From a virus, in the IMG/VR virus record IMGVR_UViG_3300032293_001294, positions 11,710 through 75,709 of that record: DNA of 64,000 bases, one strand, 5' to 3'. This document shows positions 48,801 to 55,582 of the stretch, piece after piece. The position numbers were made by a program, and so were the translations under genes. The first letter of the stretch is position 1. Each line of letters starts with the position of its first letter. The notes beneath the pieces are model-generated. The model was not told the origin of the DNA. It did no database searches and worked only from the letters and a program-made list of their open reading frames with translations.

Positions 48801-51800
48801 TAATCCTGTTTCATTTTTGTTGTTAACAGCTAATACATAGTTATCTGCGTCGGTATTAATAATGTTATTAAAGTATGATTCAGCAGTTACACCGTCATCA
48901 TTTTTAATAAGATCCTTATATAATTCTTCAAAACCAGCATCTGTTTGAGGATTAACACCAAGACGTTCGTTAATGTTTTTATATTGTTCTTGAAGCTTTT
49001 TATATACTTCAACTCTGTTTTCAAACGCGCTTAAAACAAACTTATAGTTATTACGTTTAATATTAGTTACGTCATTTTTATAAAGTTCTAATTCAGCTTT
49101 TGCTTTTTCTTCTAATTCTTTATAACCTTTTAAACGTGTAGTTTGTGCTAAACCTTTAACATCTTTTACATCTTTAAAGAAAATATTTCTAATAATTAGT
49201 TTAGCATCTGATGCTTTTATGTTTGGATCAATGCCTTTACTTAATTCAATTAATGCTAATAAGTTTAAAGTTTCTAAACTTCTTAGTTGACCATTCACAT
49301 TATTAACATTAATCTTAAATAAATCATTGTTATTATCATCTTTAAATACAATAAAGTCGTTTGGTTTAGACCCTGCACTAATTAAATCTAAAGCTTCTTT
49401 ATAAGTATCTTCTATTTTCTTTCTATATTTAGTAGCATAGTTTACATTTAAAAAGGTTTCAAACGGTATATTGTTTTTATTATCAACGGTATAAATAGAG
49501 TTAGTAAGTGTTAATAATTTTCTAGCCGAGTTTATAACTGGATCAGAAAAGATTTTATACAACTCCGGTGTAGCATCTTTTTGTGACAGAAATAATTCTT
49601 TATCAATTGCTAAAGTATTATAGGATAAAACTGTATCCCATGTTTGTACAATCCGAGTATACTCAGCAATTGCTAATGCTCTTATTTCAGCTAAGTCCCC
49701 TAATTTTTTAGCATCATATGTCTTAGCCATTTCACTTACAACATTGTTTAATAGATCTATATAATCGTTATAGCTAATGCTATGGACAAATATTAAATCA
49801 AATAAACTAACGTTTGTTTCTTTTTCATTTTGTTTAAGTGTAAAAATAACGCTATTATTTTTACCTTGGTTTTCAACCACTTTTAAATCAGTAAAGTTTT
49901 TAAAATCTTCAATTAAATATTTATCAGCATAGTCTTCTGTTAAATTCTTTTGGATAGTATCTAATACTTTAAATATTAGATGGTCTCTGTCTTCTGGTTT
50001 CTTTAAGAAATCTTCTTCAATTCCTCTAATACTAGCATCTTGTAAGTATGCAAGTTTTGTTGTTGATGGATTTGTTTCTGCAATTTTAGGACTAATACTA
50101 GCTACAATATTTTGTTCTTCTTCTCTTAAATTATTGATAAGTCTTTTTAAAGTACTAATAAACGGTATACTTTCTTTAGAACGACTTACTTGATTATTTA
50201 ATATATTATTAGCATTATCAAATATTTCTAATAAAGTATCTTTGTTTGATTCATTTTTATTGTATTCATTTATTAAATCTTTTAGATATGCTCTAGCAGA
50301 TTTATTAGTTACATCTTCAGTTCCGGTTCTAACAAGTACAGTTTTCGCAGCACTGACTAAATAATTTTTAAATAAATCTGTAAAGTTTTCTTTAGCAAAT
50401 TTATTATCTTTGATAGAAATATCAACATCTATTTTTTGTTTAGTTAAATATTCATCATATATAATCTTAGCAATTTCATCTGCACTCATTGTAATTTTAA
50501 TATTTTTTACACTAATAATATCTCCATACTCTTTTAATAACTCTGCTAATTCATACGAAAATATCATGACTTTTTCTTTGTATTCAAGATCACTTCTATT
50601 TTTTGAATTTAAAAAGTTAATAAAAGAAATACTAGATTTACCTTTTTCTAATGAAAGTTGGCGCATTTTTAAACTGGCGGTGTACTTATTATTTTCAATA
50701 ACGTAGTTAGGTTCGTTTAGTATATCGTCAATAACCTTTATTTTTTCTACAGTAGCATCTAAAGATTTTGATGTTACTAAATCCAAAACATTTTCTTTTA
50801 GTTGATTTGTTACAAGTAACGGTGAATATATATCATCAGAGCCTGGACCTAGTACAGAGTTGACTACAGTTTTATCTGTAAACTTACTGCTATCATTCTT
50901 TACATTATTAAATACTGCTTTTGCTGCGTCTTTATATTTTAATTCATCAAGACGTTCTTCTGCTGCATCGTTTTTCATTGCATCAAATTGCTTGCTTAGT
51001 TCTTCAATTTCGTCATCTCTTAATGTTTCTAAAGCTAAAAGATCTTTTCCTTGTGAGAATTTTCTAATCTCATCAAGATCAAAGTCAGTTAAAAATGCTT
51101 TAGTAACTTCTGATTTAAGTTGGTTATCTATGATGTTATTAGGTATATTAATGTTCTTTAAAGACTTTTCAATATCAATATTTTTTATTTCTTTAGGTAG
51201 TTGCTTTGTTAATGCACTCTTTTTAAAGATGCTTAAAGAAGTAGCGTCTGTATTAAAATTATCATAGATATATGATTTAACATACTTATATACAGGCGAT
51301 CCTTTGAATAACTTTTCAAAGTTATCTTGCAAGTTTAAACTTAAGAATTTATTTAATTCTTTTTCATCTGTAATATTCTTTGTTTCATTTTTATAAATGT
51401 CATCAAACTCTTTTATTTTTTGAGCAACAGCTTCTAATGATTTACTTAGTGGGTTATTGCCGGATACTTGTTTAATGTTTTCTTGTATAGCATATCTGTA
51501 CAAATCTTTTAAATCTAATTTATTGGTATAAATAAATCTTGTTTTAGACCCACCTGAAAATCTATAGGCAATATCAATTTGTTTTGCGACTTCTCGTACT
51601 TTGTCTCCAGAAAGTAAAAATGTTTTATCTTTTAAATCTATGTCACTTGTAGCAATAAATTCTACAATTAATTTATACTTATCTTCTGTTTCAAGCTTTA
51701 ACCAAGCTTCTGGATCAACATTAAACAAAGGTTGATTAATATGTAATAAGTCATCATAAATGTCTTTAGTATTTTTAAAGTAGTTGTTTAAGATTCTTGA

Positions 51801-54800
51801 AACTCTAGTTTCAAATGTTTCTTTTATAGATATACCTACGTCAAAAATAACTTTATTACTTTGTTGTACACCAATAAAGAATTGATCTACATCTGTAACA
51901 CTTTCATTAAAGTAATGTGTTGTCTTTTTCTTTGTAATAGGATCTTCAACAATAATACTTAAGGTCAAACCGTTGTAAAAACTAACTAGGTTAATTGCTT
52001 TATCTTTTAAAATAGCAACCGCTTGTTTGTGTTTTTCAGCATCAAAACCACCAACAAGATCAGCAGGTCCTTTTTTACCAGCACTTATATTAGCAAGCAA
52101 GGTGCTTAATTCTTTTTCTTTAATAGCTAACTCGTCGTTTGTTTTATTAAGTTCGTCTCCGATATTGTTTTTTGTTGTAGTTAAAATCGTGATGTCTTTA
52201 ATTAACTTATCTTTAGCTTCTTTTTCAGCAGTACTATTTAATACGTTTGTTTTAATATCAATTTCTTTTTGTTTTTCAGCTTGTTGTTGTAGTAAAGTAA
52301 TTTTCTTTTTATTTAAAAAATTAACAGTATTTCTTAATAATGGTTCAGCTTGACCCTCAACATAAATATTAAAGTATTGTTTAAATAAATAAAGACTTTC
52401 AATCGTATCAAGAACAAAATTATCTAACTTTGTTACTTGTAAGTTTAAAAGAATTAATGCCTCTTCATATGTTTTTAAAGCTTGTTGAAGGATTTTTTTA
52501 TCAGTGATATACGTTTCGTACGTTTGTAATGCTTCATTTAAACCTACTAATTCAGGTTGTTCGTCCTTAGATATAGTGTTATTAGCTTCTTTTTGACGAA
52601 GCTCTACTAAACGATCATAATGTTTTGATAGATTTTTTTCTTCAATAATATATGTGTTTGCTTTTGTAGTAATTTCATACGGTTTATATTTAAAACGGTT
52701 TGCTTCGTCTTCTAATGTTTGTTGTTCAGATTTTAAATCAGCCAACATTTTTTGAATCATTTCAATCTTTTTAGTATTTGTATTATTAAGATCAGTAAGG
52801 TCTTTATTGTTAGCTAGTTGAGTTTTAATATCATTAAAGATAACTTCATCGCTGGCTGACAAAGGTCTATTATTTTTTAACGGATCTAAAATATTTTTTA
52901 AACGTTCTTCTTCAGTACTTCTTTGTTTTAATAAATCTTCTACCTCTTTAATTTTAGGTGTATTATTAAAACTATTTAGTATTGCTTTTTTTCTAACTTG
53001 TACACGCATTCTATCTTTTTCTTCTACTGTTTCTGCACGTGACAAATCGTTTAACCAACGGAATACTCTTTGAACTGGAGTTCTAATTAAAAATCCAATG
53101 GGGTTTAAAATGTTTACTAAAGAAGCATTCATGTCTTCTGTAAAGTCCATGTATGCTGAAAATGAATCTGTCTCTTTTAAATATTTAAAAGCATATTCGC
53201 TATCAAATTCTATAGAAAAACTTTGTAGTAATTTTCTTGCGACGACATCTACTTTTTCTTTACCAAACTTACCTGCTACATATTTTAAAAAACTTTGAAT
53301 ATTTTCTAATTCTGTTTCGTTTACATTCTTAGGAAACTTCTTATACTTATTGTAGTACTCATCAATGCTTTTAAACTTGTTAATTTTTTCGGCAAGTTTG
53401 ATAGCATCCGTATTGTTAACTAATAAAGGGGTAACATATGTACCTTCTTTTATTTCTGTTAACATTTTATTAAAAGTTTCAATCTGTTTAAATAATGAGT
53501 CTTTAGTACCTTGAGTAACTGTAACGCCTTTTTTTACTAAATTAAACTGTTCATTAAGATATTTTCTCAAAGCATCAGGACTTTTTAAACCTTCACTAAT
53601 GGCTCCTAATATAATACCCTTAGTAACATTATTATCTAAATTATAAAAAATACTTAAATCTTTATTAGAGAATAATTCTGTAATATCTTTTTTTATTATT
53701 TGAATTTCAGGGTCATTTAACTTTAAACCAACATCTAATCTTTTTAGTTCTTTATAAATTAATGCGTTAAAAGTATTAGCTTTATTAACGTCTAGTTTTG
53801 TTTTAACTACTTCATCTAAGTTTCTAGGATCAGTTAATATTTCACCTACAACACCTAATACGGATTTAATTGTAGGATGTGCGTTTTTTAAAAAATCAAC
53901 TTCTTCAATAATATCGCCAGCATAAATAACATATGGTGATTCAGTGCCTTTACCCCACGCACGTGCCATTGCATCAACTTGTGCTTTAGGATCATTTTTA
54001 GCAAGACCTAATAGTATAGATTTAGTTCTTGTAGCACCGTATAAGTTATCTTGTATATCACCAAATAAAGATATAGCTGATACAAAATCAGATTCTTCTG
54101 GTGCATTTGGATTTAATGCTTTATCTATTTGTGTTGTAATAGGCATGATTGCTTGAGTACCAATCATAGTTAACCCTGAACGAATTTGGTTTCCTAATAC
54201 ACTAGTAGTTAAAATTTTTGGTAAACCTAACATTAATTTATTTAAAACAGGCATACCAAATCTTGTACTTGTACCAATAAAACTTAAAGCAGCAGGTATA
54301 GCAATTTGACTTACAAGTGAAGCAACGGTTGATACAGGTCTAAATCGCATATTAGCTGTAACGTTTTCTGCAAATAATTGTTGAGATTTTAAACCAGATG
54401 GTGTTACTGATCTTCCAAAAACTTCTCCAACATAAGCACCTAATCTAGTTAATAAGCTAGCCCCAGATATAGCACCACCAGTTTTTATTAAACCACCAGC
54501 AACTACACGCGCACCTGGAATAGGTAGAAATGCTGTAATAGCACCAAGAAGAATTAAAGCAGAACCTGCAACATCAGCACTACTTAAACCAATATCTAAA
54601 GCAGATGCGCCACCTTGTATATCTTGTTGTAAACCATACAAAGATAATCCAAAGCCTAAACCTGCAACAGCAGTAGTTCCAATAGCTTTTAAACCAGATT
54701 TAGCAACAATAGCAGTGCCTTTAGCAATTTGATCAGGTCTTAATGTATTCACGCCTAATCGTGCTAGATCATCTACATACTCTGTTGATTTAATAAGTGC

Positions 54801-55571
54801 TTTACTTTGTGCGTTGCTAGCAAGTGCTAATGCTTTTGTTTTAGCTTCTAATGCTTTTTCCGCAGCTTCTACCGCTGCCTTTGCAGTTTGTTTAATAGCT
54901 GAAGTATTTTTTAAGTACTTAACTTTATCAAGTGCTGATACTGCAGCTTTATACGCATCATCTAAATTACCAACTTCTTTACTTAATGATGTTACTCTTT
55001 TTACTCTTGAAGCTAACGTTAAAGCATTTTTATTATACTGAGCAATTTTTTTAATTTGATTAGGATTGTAAGGAACTAGTCCTGCCTTTTGAAAAGCGGC
55101 AACCCTGCTAGATCCAACGGGTTTAAATGCAGTCTTAAGAGGATTTAAAAACGGATTTTGAACTGCAGGTAATTGATAGTTTTTAGGGTTAAGTAAACCT
55201 GTTAACTTTGTTCCTTGTTTAATAAACCCGCGTGTAAAAAGTCTACGTGTATAACCTAATCCTGCAAAAAGCCCGACACCTCCACCTATCACACTACCTA
55301 CTGTGCCTAAAGCTTTTTGTAGTTCTTCGTCATCATATCCATATTTAGATCTTATTTGATCCATGTAGTTTTCGCTGTTGACAGCAAAAGGACTACTTGC
55401 AAAACTTCTTAATGAATTTTCAAAAACGTTAGCTAAGTTTTTATTTGCTAAACCAAAGCTGTTATTTAACCCTCTATAAAAAGGAGATAAAGCAGGTGTA
55501 CTATATATGTTACCTACATAGATCCTGTTAAGAGCTGGTGTTAACGGTTTTCTTGGGAATAATAGTGCCAT
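30885..55571 (-). CDS. Giant polyvalent protein / putative virion RNA polymerase (about 8,230 aa)
   Basis: Two-barrel RNAP motifs KIWLGTHHGFKG, SRSP and GADTDGD; DnaQ-like IDIET and AHNGNKFD; SLOG-like SGNAPGSD...RN...GGTGW; hydrophobic Gly-rich N-terminus; likely start ATG 55571. Confidence 0.85.
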   Translation of the reverse strand: MALLFPRKPLTPALNRIYVGNIYSTPALSPFYRGLNNSFGLANKNLANVFENSLRSFASSPFAVNSENYMDQIRSKYGYDDEELQKALGTVGSVIGGGVGLFAGLGYTRRLFTRGFIKQGTKLTGLLNPKNYQLPAVQNPFLNPLKTAFKPVGSSRVAAFQKAGLVPYNPNQIKKIAQYNKNALTLASRVKRVTSLSKEVGNLDDAYKAAVSALDKVKYLKNTSAIKQTAKAAVEAAEKALEAKTKALALASNAQSKALIKSTEYVDDLARLGVNTLRPDQIAKGTAIVAKSGLKAIGTTAVAGLGFGLSLYGLQQDIQGGASALDIGLSSADVAGSALILLGAITAFLPIPGARVVAGGLIKTGGAISGASLLTRLGAYVGEVFGRSVTPSGLKSQQLFAENVTANMRFRPVSTVASLVSQIAIPAALSFIGTSTRFGMPVLNKLMLGLPKILTTSVLGNQIRSGLTMIGTQAIMPITTQIDKALNPNAPEESDFVSAISLFGDIQDNLYGATRTKSILLGLAKNDPKAQVDAMARAWGKGTESPYVIYAGDIIEEVDFLKNAHPTIKSVLGVVGEILTDPRNLDEVVKTKLDVNKANTFNALIYKELKRLDVGLKLNDPEIQIIKKDITELFSNKDLSIFYNLDNNVTKGIILGAISEGLKSPDALRKYLNEQFNLVKKGVTVTQGTKDSLFKQIETFNKMLTEIKEGTYVTPLLVNNTDAIKLAEKINKFKSIDEYYNKYKKFPKNVNETELENIQSFLKYVAGKFGKEKVDVVARKLLQSFSIEFDSEYAFKYLKETDSFSAYMDFTEDMNASLVNILNPIGFLIRTPVQRVFRWLNDLSRAETVEEKDRMRVQVRKKAILNSFNNTPKIKEVEDLLKQRSTEEERLKNILDPLKNNRPLSASDEVIFNDIKTQLANNKDLTDLNNTNTKKIEMIQKMLADLKSEQQTLEDEANRFKYKPYEITTKANTYIIEEKNLSKHYDRLVELRQKEANNTISKDEQPELVGLNEALQTYETYITDKKILQQALKTYEEALILLNLQVTKLDNFVLDTIESLYLFKQYFNIYVEGQAEPLLRNTVNFLNKKKITLLQQQAEKQKEIDIKTNVLNSTAEKEAKDKLIKDITILTTTKNNIGDELNKTNDELAIKEKELSTLLANISAGKKGPADLVGGFDAEKHKQAVAILKDKAINLVSFYNGLTLSIIVEDPITKKKTTHYFNESVTDVDQFFIGVQQSNKVIFDVGISIKETFETRVSRILNNYFKNTKDIYDDLLHINQPLFNVDPEAWLKLETEDKYKLIVEFIATSDIDLKDKTFLLSGDKVREVAKQIDIAYRFSGGSKTRFIYTNKLDLKDLYRYAIQENIKQVSGNNPLSKSLEAVAQKIKEFDDIYKNETKNITDEKELNKFLSLNLQDNFEKLFKGSPVYKYVKSYIYDNFNTDATSLSIFKKSALTKQLPKEIKNIDIEKSLKNINIPNNIIDNQLKSEVTKAFLTDFDLDEIRKFSQGKDLLALETLRDDEIEELSKQFDAMKNDAAEERLDELKYKDAAKAVFNNVKNDSSKFTDKTVVNSVLGPGSDDIYSPLLVTNQLKENVLDLVTSKSLDATVEKIKVIDDILNEPNYVIENNKYTASLKMRQLSLEKGKSSISFINFLNSKNRSDLEYKEKVMIFSYELAELLKEYGDIISVKNIKITMSADEIAKIIYDEYLTKQKIDVDISIKDNKFAKENFTDLFKNYLVSAAKTVLVRTGTEDVTNKSARAYLKDLINEYNKNESNKDTLLEIFDNANNILNNQVSRSKESIPFISTLKRLINNLREEEQNIVASISPKIAETNPSTTKLAYLQDASIRGIEEDFLKKPEDRDHLIFKVLDTIQKNLTEDYADKYLIEDFKNFTDLKVVENQGKNNSVIFTLKQNEKETNVSLFDLIFVHSISYNDYIDLLNNVVSEMAKTYDAKKLGDLAEIRALAIAEYTRIVQTWDTVLSYNTLAIDKELFLSQKDATPELYKIFSDPVINSARKLLTLTNSIYTVDNKNNIPFETFLNVNYATKYRKKIEDTYKEALDLISAGSKPNDFIVFKDDNNNDLFKINVNNVNGQLRSLETLNLLALIELSKGIDPNIKASDAKLIIRNIFFKDVKDVKGLAQTTRLKGYKELEEKAKAELELYKNDVTNIKRNNYKFVLSAFENRVEVYKKLQEQYKNINERLGVNPQTDAGFEELYKDLIKNDDGVTAESYFNNIINTDADNYVLAVNNKNETGLVRRAEVKTIQNAGEGIPSLNNLLINYVYGNNSTAVRNKVINRLKVNQSFDVIYKSLWEQELKTRVENMRNTMTGEELIKNKVPLNDKDFNQYVVDYKENIVPIITDNGRAIVIVPDNKWSLKTMEEDRATFKQLMNGNKDTYDVFEVYILSESKYKEIENIKNNKKDYADIDLYKVDDTVKFLPRFINVQSSINRTIGSVVKGWLNDLNLITKLGNPSSLVKNLNTFYKNLYSNDNLKGFVPIYKFYNEGIDLYNTEQFKETEKEALFNIVFFEFFEGFDYSGLEIEYIGSTFLNGKYLTKEYNINNLEKDVNPMTVADLKDKNVWDKIVKSLEAVKSRYENNINIKDLSYYNIMDEKHLNKLERFYNIVNDLLTHVESTQNKAYTELVPIIKEHIENAQPKIVTISNVRNQLTAHELLSKPLTEKLSDAFGNMFDVKKRNTVLDTFEINAKKHLEKQQYYLDNLQTVIQEGVKNHKKIKDKVKNKSISIAKMVSLKNVFNDFQTQKINAQELYEKLKEYVGVEPSVRKIFKTIAQRIFKNNPNGYKNADRITDHLIYAYVIKSYLVSIRQYMERYPGDRFDIQAYLNYYDVLNRLVSNGQQIGVDKLTGYNLNLYKQALSLKKEVESTPNKSQKYKFNKKHLKFISNKTDFLTYTKFKDAGEVVDLVNNRQNIVDNIEDITIDTYIVDYIKGEFGYDLDDKEKINLIQAAGSVLDSANNYLYSSKDEKIYTPKTPLVFSETNKLELIKEELRNKGFTKSQIDTVIEIGSKGFGETIISPVDIEEFKKVFEDKDLQKKDFYRDQIKEAAKADKPKLEKKLSYRRIFEINRINLLENSEEFFNYFRKVIRPNNSDFKKAINNWSVFGLDQDEVITLIQKDGYNDIEHFINTHANIKTKETTEDFYKASLLMLFINYQKEKFIREKLKTDGKAEISNDDIKKAFELESIKAKSNNIKLQTISINDLLGYGSSLKTGVKFQLNKGFENIRYIRSTNSFLNDRLGNIILDEENLKTFDEYDSSYKGIYFKDNNVETLVRRHQRNAYKHLYRDYEAGFVGEKTYELMQLTKDAIADISAEHNSPSWQVASGKVVYNDLRKSWHDLFKELKPDYKDKEFIKPSEIDTALKSLSVSKASVNFFINTYNKLIFDAKTNYLKNHGKDLDVSGKVKTDEVLIKEFDDVIKNAIDQIKLFSEKNQSFIIFNDNNIKAILGFIYTARYSNSEKLTMDLSSFIDKQIKNDVKYKQYRYKQVDTKIERIIESNENDLTKAEAIAKLQGKTFNELTKEKQNTILQNVYLMNFIKGSKDFFGKDRWFDTYKAAVGPKRTMQSFTTLEEKKEEVLKLELDLLNKKLLNTKNENVNILNKTLGENTQQELFGKYTNSIPLLTQNTMDLILDTNKELDTVEQSISVEQKAFNKEKLELINNMFIVYPGLKQLFDEQYFKSIEEEKLKINNDVIELNKKTSQRIKDEYKAYLESIATIKEIESSNVYQITRISKGKNIASNFAMFKDAYAAYKVPGTDKFITTLEDLKAVYDMSKQTNLEERLKKARDIAENTFKKFKGKERSNYTNYFNSISLFNKRLDREELNRLRLEFNDLENVENMLPALLKSSEEYNKLIKTNVVSNAKSIAIDDSTLSKIDKYHSKAIEKNKALLRGFGIQIRDYVYRIDSNYKEDKKLTLKDYINILDSYAITSITSLDNKLVDNIPSYKALISLSDKNAEKQILLSVLLDYKVQELATTKGGKITETEYRSLESFINTTIGRKTNQDILNYIEDEASSGKNVDVFKHGFGSNDVEVDLSVFKNPEHLSYATTLKNNINNKLKNKYNKVLSKTVVDIKDILNKSVSLMNRLSIDESIKSSIIFSVDPKERVKKVEDRINLNVSNTKALYSNLNKKVFDNTIDTSNVSLSELVSFVVENNETTKIVELNNKKQDINNKLKDANEYLNLINRYKSNLGVIKTVEDTLPIKQEDVLKAEKASETSYKSELEFVGKKLSNLELFKQYYKDQLKDTKNNQEVLEKVAEIITSKTKGYTKESLINKVNTEGEFALHDSLVDIMPTALNYIHQKNVLKEKGLTDEFAVIDIETYKQNGQEFPYQMSMLYIDKNGELQIHNAYINSSLFYNAINEDGSYTKEIEEFYRFQKNEVWKKQWENDGLILNDEQLELKAREKLNKLIETVSTKQNNDNFIRAFIQIIGVENNFKIVAHNGNKFDFGIIQNFISQVGKKLVVNEYYRSIKEDNSINNVLKNIDPKLNDIERNKEYKKQLELIISRLENKILANKNSLEAKPQELDAVGELIEQAIRAKWKLELNEFTKEALYDTDYIFNDELKKKLLDFNDGELGNVSNELEKYVINRDPKIKEKVINTLAIKFLNSYSTDQQTVQIHKIILDAVTKFVENAPNTFDRLIVGGPNNLVTFNKDDANTTLKKEITKHVYATYGKDLELKDIEIDYGKKLKTIELAKAAKNDLIAMLEKGKTKDEIIQATKERKAEKVKRINELKSEIETLLNGDPSNDTQVISQVGLTKERNVILEEMLSAARKIAEDNSTSLSSIKIALNNPKVVLNNVIGLSNLGVMENRIDQTNKKLNDLISNLNNLLGFIRQEKDLSKQESLMLKVFDESVIDVIKDPTKQKSAIAALQNQIDLIFKGRTSIDDEAVRDILNKELTVLKNQQKSDLDIYLKELENNFKIVNDNLVKYKALGLGKNIEIFEYKYNKEQSYWYYLDSNKQEIKVNLQDINKYLLSLTNDSNNKNFFDRNQTTLFRLFKNINDIRSIENFSKYTLDDLYDSRTFFYDKDIFVSIINQKLESLQNSINFLTNYKANDIGKINENVLSVYYTNILKEVGVQETNVDNAMERTITEIIKGVPSSDRMSLEQYQTLASTRIDKKEIDKSPRKKNLNIEIEYEEPRKGDDISVLRQVPNRIFSRPFGPITKYFVYDEVYNRINTATFDNINKTLKLELKYVYTTKDNEYMNRPDEKLMTKVFKLDDEGNLDSQAIDTLKNMQSQFYFQPKGGKPEYVLGPDNIPKEYLIPDINEKGEVIDSSKNAIDILLNYLIKNEGEVFPYEQFGASDRYLKITNISKIIRKAVINQINLLNDKGIKNINLKEVYNGIYNRITSKYNALERGSLVNQISDEYSYDYNLEHIDHKWLDENNISLELNSEASTAVVYKLKPRLPFNFPFAMNDNPIRTQLHAKHLMATYTTIGLLNRMYKEIPDKVAPGKKLMETFINKNPLSPDLRNKFIRKFGNKYSQLFMPNVMSAEMYQNYKADAELHQFGTVLPIVMVNDPRVGLDTIGVDADFLKEFGYELSAKIWLGTHHGFKGTIYPIQDLHKTYGAFFLSNAESVTKRGTSGMYVEMLYNYITSYLNNETYQDGKAVVPSRIKEVFDIPEIKEYLNATFKKNINEDGILINKYYKTQDELEGLSNLLFKYKDQIKSLTSFYDAKGNARFDLNDIYQWVLIDDVKNNPDIDKLPPIKVPIVIAKSRLQNKPLTYQDINTAKLDAYKLLERRYATINLKTGSFVRGNVYVMADHENNPQAQYTESNTKTIGKFVFNILDDNSNVDTGQTIGPAALQLILNKIGLNDFNRVFAFDQTNAKNLARPRILGFSDYILNTLNVTKDNITKKKEQGLIDNLEKLYADKLIHNLIYTNGIKYVRLLSMLNNSVDPAMKKYYESEIDILVKNTDANIPDKLYSGKESAFYKASFKTLSGIRAQFALDRTLDVGEIVIPASGWSVLQNRNKEQKNIIGVEELTDSEKINYYVEHLLTLTDSKDREDFLNSRGLLEADNKKLWDAVGPVINYKEKLKKLLRTNYKFYQTYAYLLSSRSPQQDYNAVPVYKVIGFSKSAATYVNGFGYPMMGADTDGDAFGMAIVGLDAIEGKDAPLRPLLATDYNYYTLDEKQIKDQGKVVNLVSYLEKSDTEFFGSLENDIPDYTISPKDSIEKLVQSIMPGFVDYNIVHDLKYPQRITYKFERNIVGKYAIPKVIRSNQEYLTIERYDFIQEANLLNQLMDYFETNRKEIKSLDQEKNNPNFASLLKTFVNAHIKLKNKGENFGGVITSLKDYENQDLLLKYYNNNKDFIDKLYSIEDLIKNKKVIYGKVKPENDIKKVDVKVKGQPFVQLSSGNAPGSDSLFQKFARENNIKTNVYVARDVDKPKDQPNFVLSMSVNDMSDVEVKTAEKAVVKAAALLNKNVPTNPITKLLQIRNHFIINDADTIVAAGYLKNDGTVDGGTGWGVAMSQELGKPVYVFDPKQNQWFVSTGKLTWSKINNAPLLQGKIAGIGSRFSSLEDVKYLPLIEKTIGDLFKTKEKVETKIVKQVPNIEIPDTLIKIYSKVLDKEERDILNNKELIGTTEYSKVYEYLVNILSYYETHITTTERVRAGKTTIPGVGSERKSQFSSSHLSTYKTINKLKYGYFWEQIGAIDTDGAITFDSLLQALALKSNSLSKNEYDSWVNESNQEYQKLLQNEENTREVEGEVVLKDAVQENFDSKYKFYNYFINAYWFSDVLRSRIATNFEKEFYDIYKDDINEIIDDILIVKNKVKTGAEELKKLKDFYLKALSLVDTDKTLEVQEVKDWLKSTSKQNDPVIEEYLSIFNSKDLSDLTKKKLNLNFIKEIAMRYFVDVNVMKNYLSSKSEVLPETLLNEYFNQQIIERLAQNRMSFLIQEPIDLPKHYGQEVKAADASKRILDKTKKLIEKSARRKVIIGSNDNDSLFGMAINLDREMNERFDNTLKRTSKSEVNKKWFEENPGRQVLISDSYTKVADAKSDLDKVIKQKAKVFLFNMFVPDTLIVELINNVKELNKGLDNPKNLKLKDLEKAIQFFDTHDIPFYKLVDFVDYIDSVTAVVRRNYIGEEKFTTSKDNVINNIVNIKIFNFRYADADFQKTFNSKYENEEKIIFNFFSNINNFEEGYYRTDEFGNKKLLTREDFPTKDEINKSVDENNLQLKLAINDDPTMEHLQAPIEEISREAMNKVSEELQDNLNYATFNGAVKQYKDLINSFRTQIEVLLETKKEYEATIKKINSDTKNRKYKTDAETIIESKEIKSKLEETLTRNNISRLSELNNKATNNKLKSDKIQELISLFQDEIKEIEESIDPLDNYVKLLEQSKSPVETIKEEITQLNTKEADIRSKLLKKAVVDNIGGLILLLRTPDDDGLGGQGMGDTTVKKPKVLTEQDLKAYKERSLLSMYNRITLLKNMVDNSSSNNRIRSLKNAYELYTTKQQQFKLVQIRHADPDEGRFKLVTERIRKYDPRYDDVLFPTNKKKDLNIIEKVGQKFGLIDNSIYNDLLFKDTVVNGKKISALENLEAWQRAGGKVVFDNKVYNRIDPKLILATNKNINFTLKEVIVDNFEDFQEIYDQNLKGDIIGFVDLNDWMDTMNDVYSPYQLPNKVDKFFFSLQIMSKNLSKLNAAFIARNIFDSVNQMFSNSIIIPKLIESNRYVNSTLNSLELMKLYEKYSDELSISIINIGLHYEDVLKASKLPVKDSNVINNKLDLIKEFLLNYIKISDTLKNNNRHIETRRKVAINLFRKLKEANADNIDKYLDLLKQSVIFASKTEFGEYIEMYDNRIINNTWVAGLRTDAKNNQGQIVRHKTIAEKVDEYEFKKPLLKQLSAFMNTEALSDYLRKDRFELLPKFFEQYRGYKDSYKSNMTYKQIVKQLDKVKGGWLNKFNPVAWYTDSNTKIENAARITNFFYNLMLYNKTFDQATIDSLNHWFNYGMRSPLETRLLADIPFLSFPVRSINNWIDRLMSPKYWRFLSDFIDGWYAQYRDEETKEYDDFTKYQIRQGWIPFAKDWGLRIGNGAFDVMNLIYNTDIELTRRASPLLRGIQSLFKDGDALKGFAQLAVVGFGTRFVNTATGLSDMVLGTNLREDIARNDPSLARILDTRQATLFRTISGIGYDISQFKKYTPRRYRYGRNGRWAKYENIYKDWFTKYGKMRRPTTNPYRLVKNIQWRQYVRYRQSQATILK

Positions 55572-55582
55572 GTTCAAAAACT

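Noticed and set aside
32761-55041. Many plus-strand ORFs antisense to the giant gene, and similar shadow ORFs elsewhere
   Set aside because: Ser/Leu/Phe-rich mirror translations of the coding strand with no RBS
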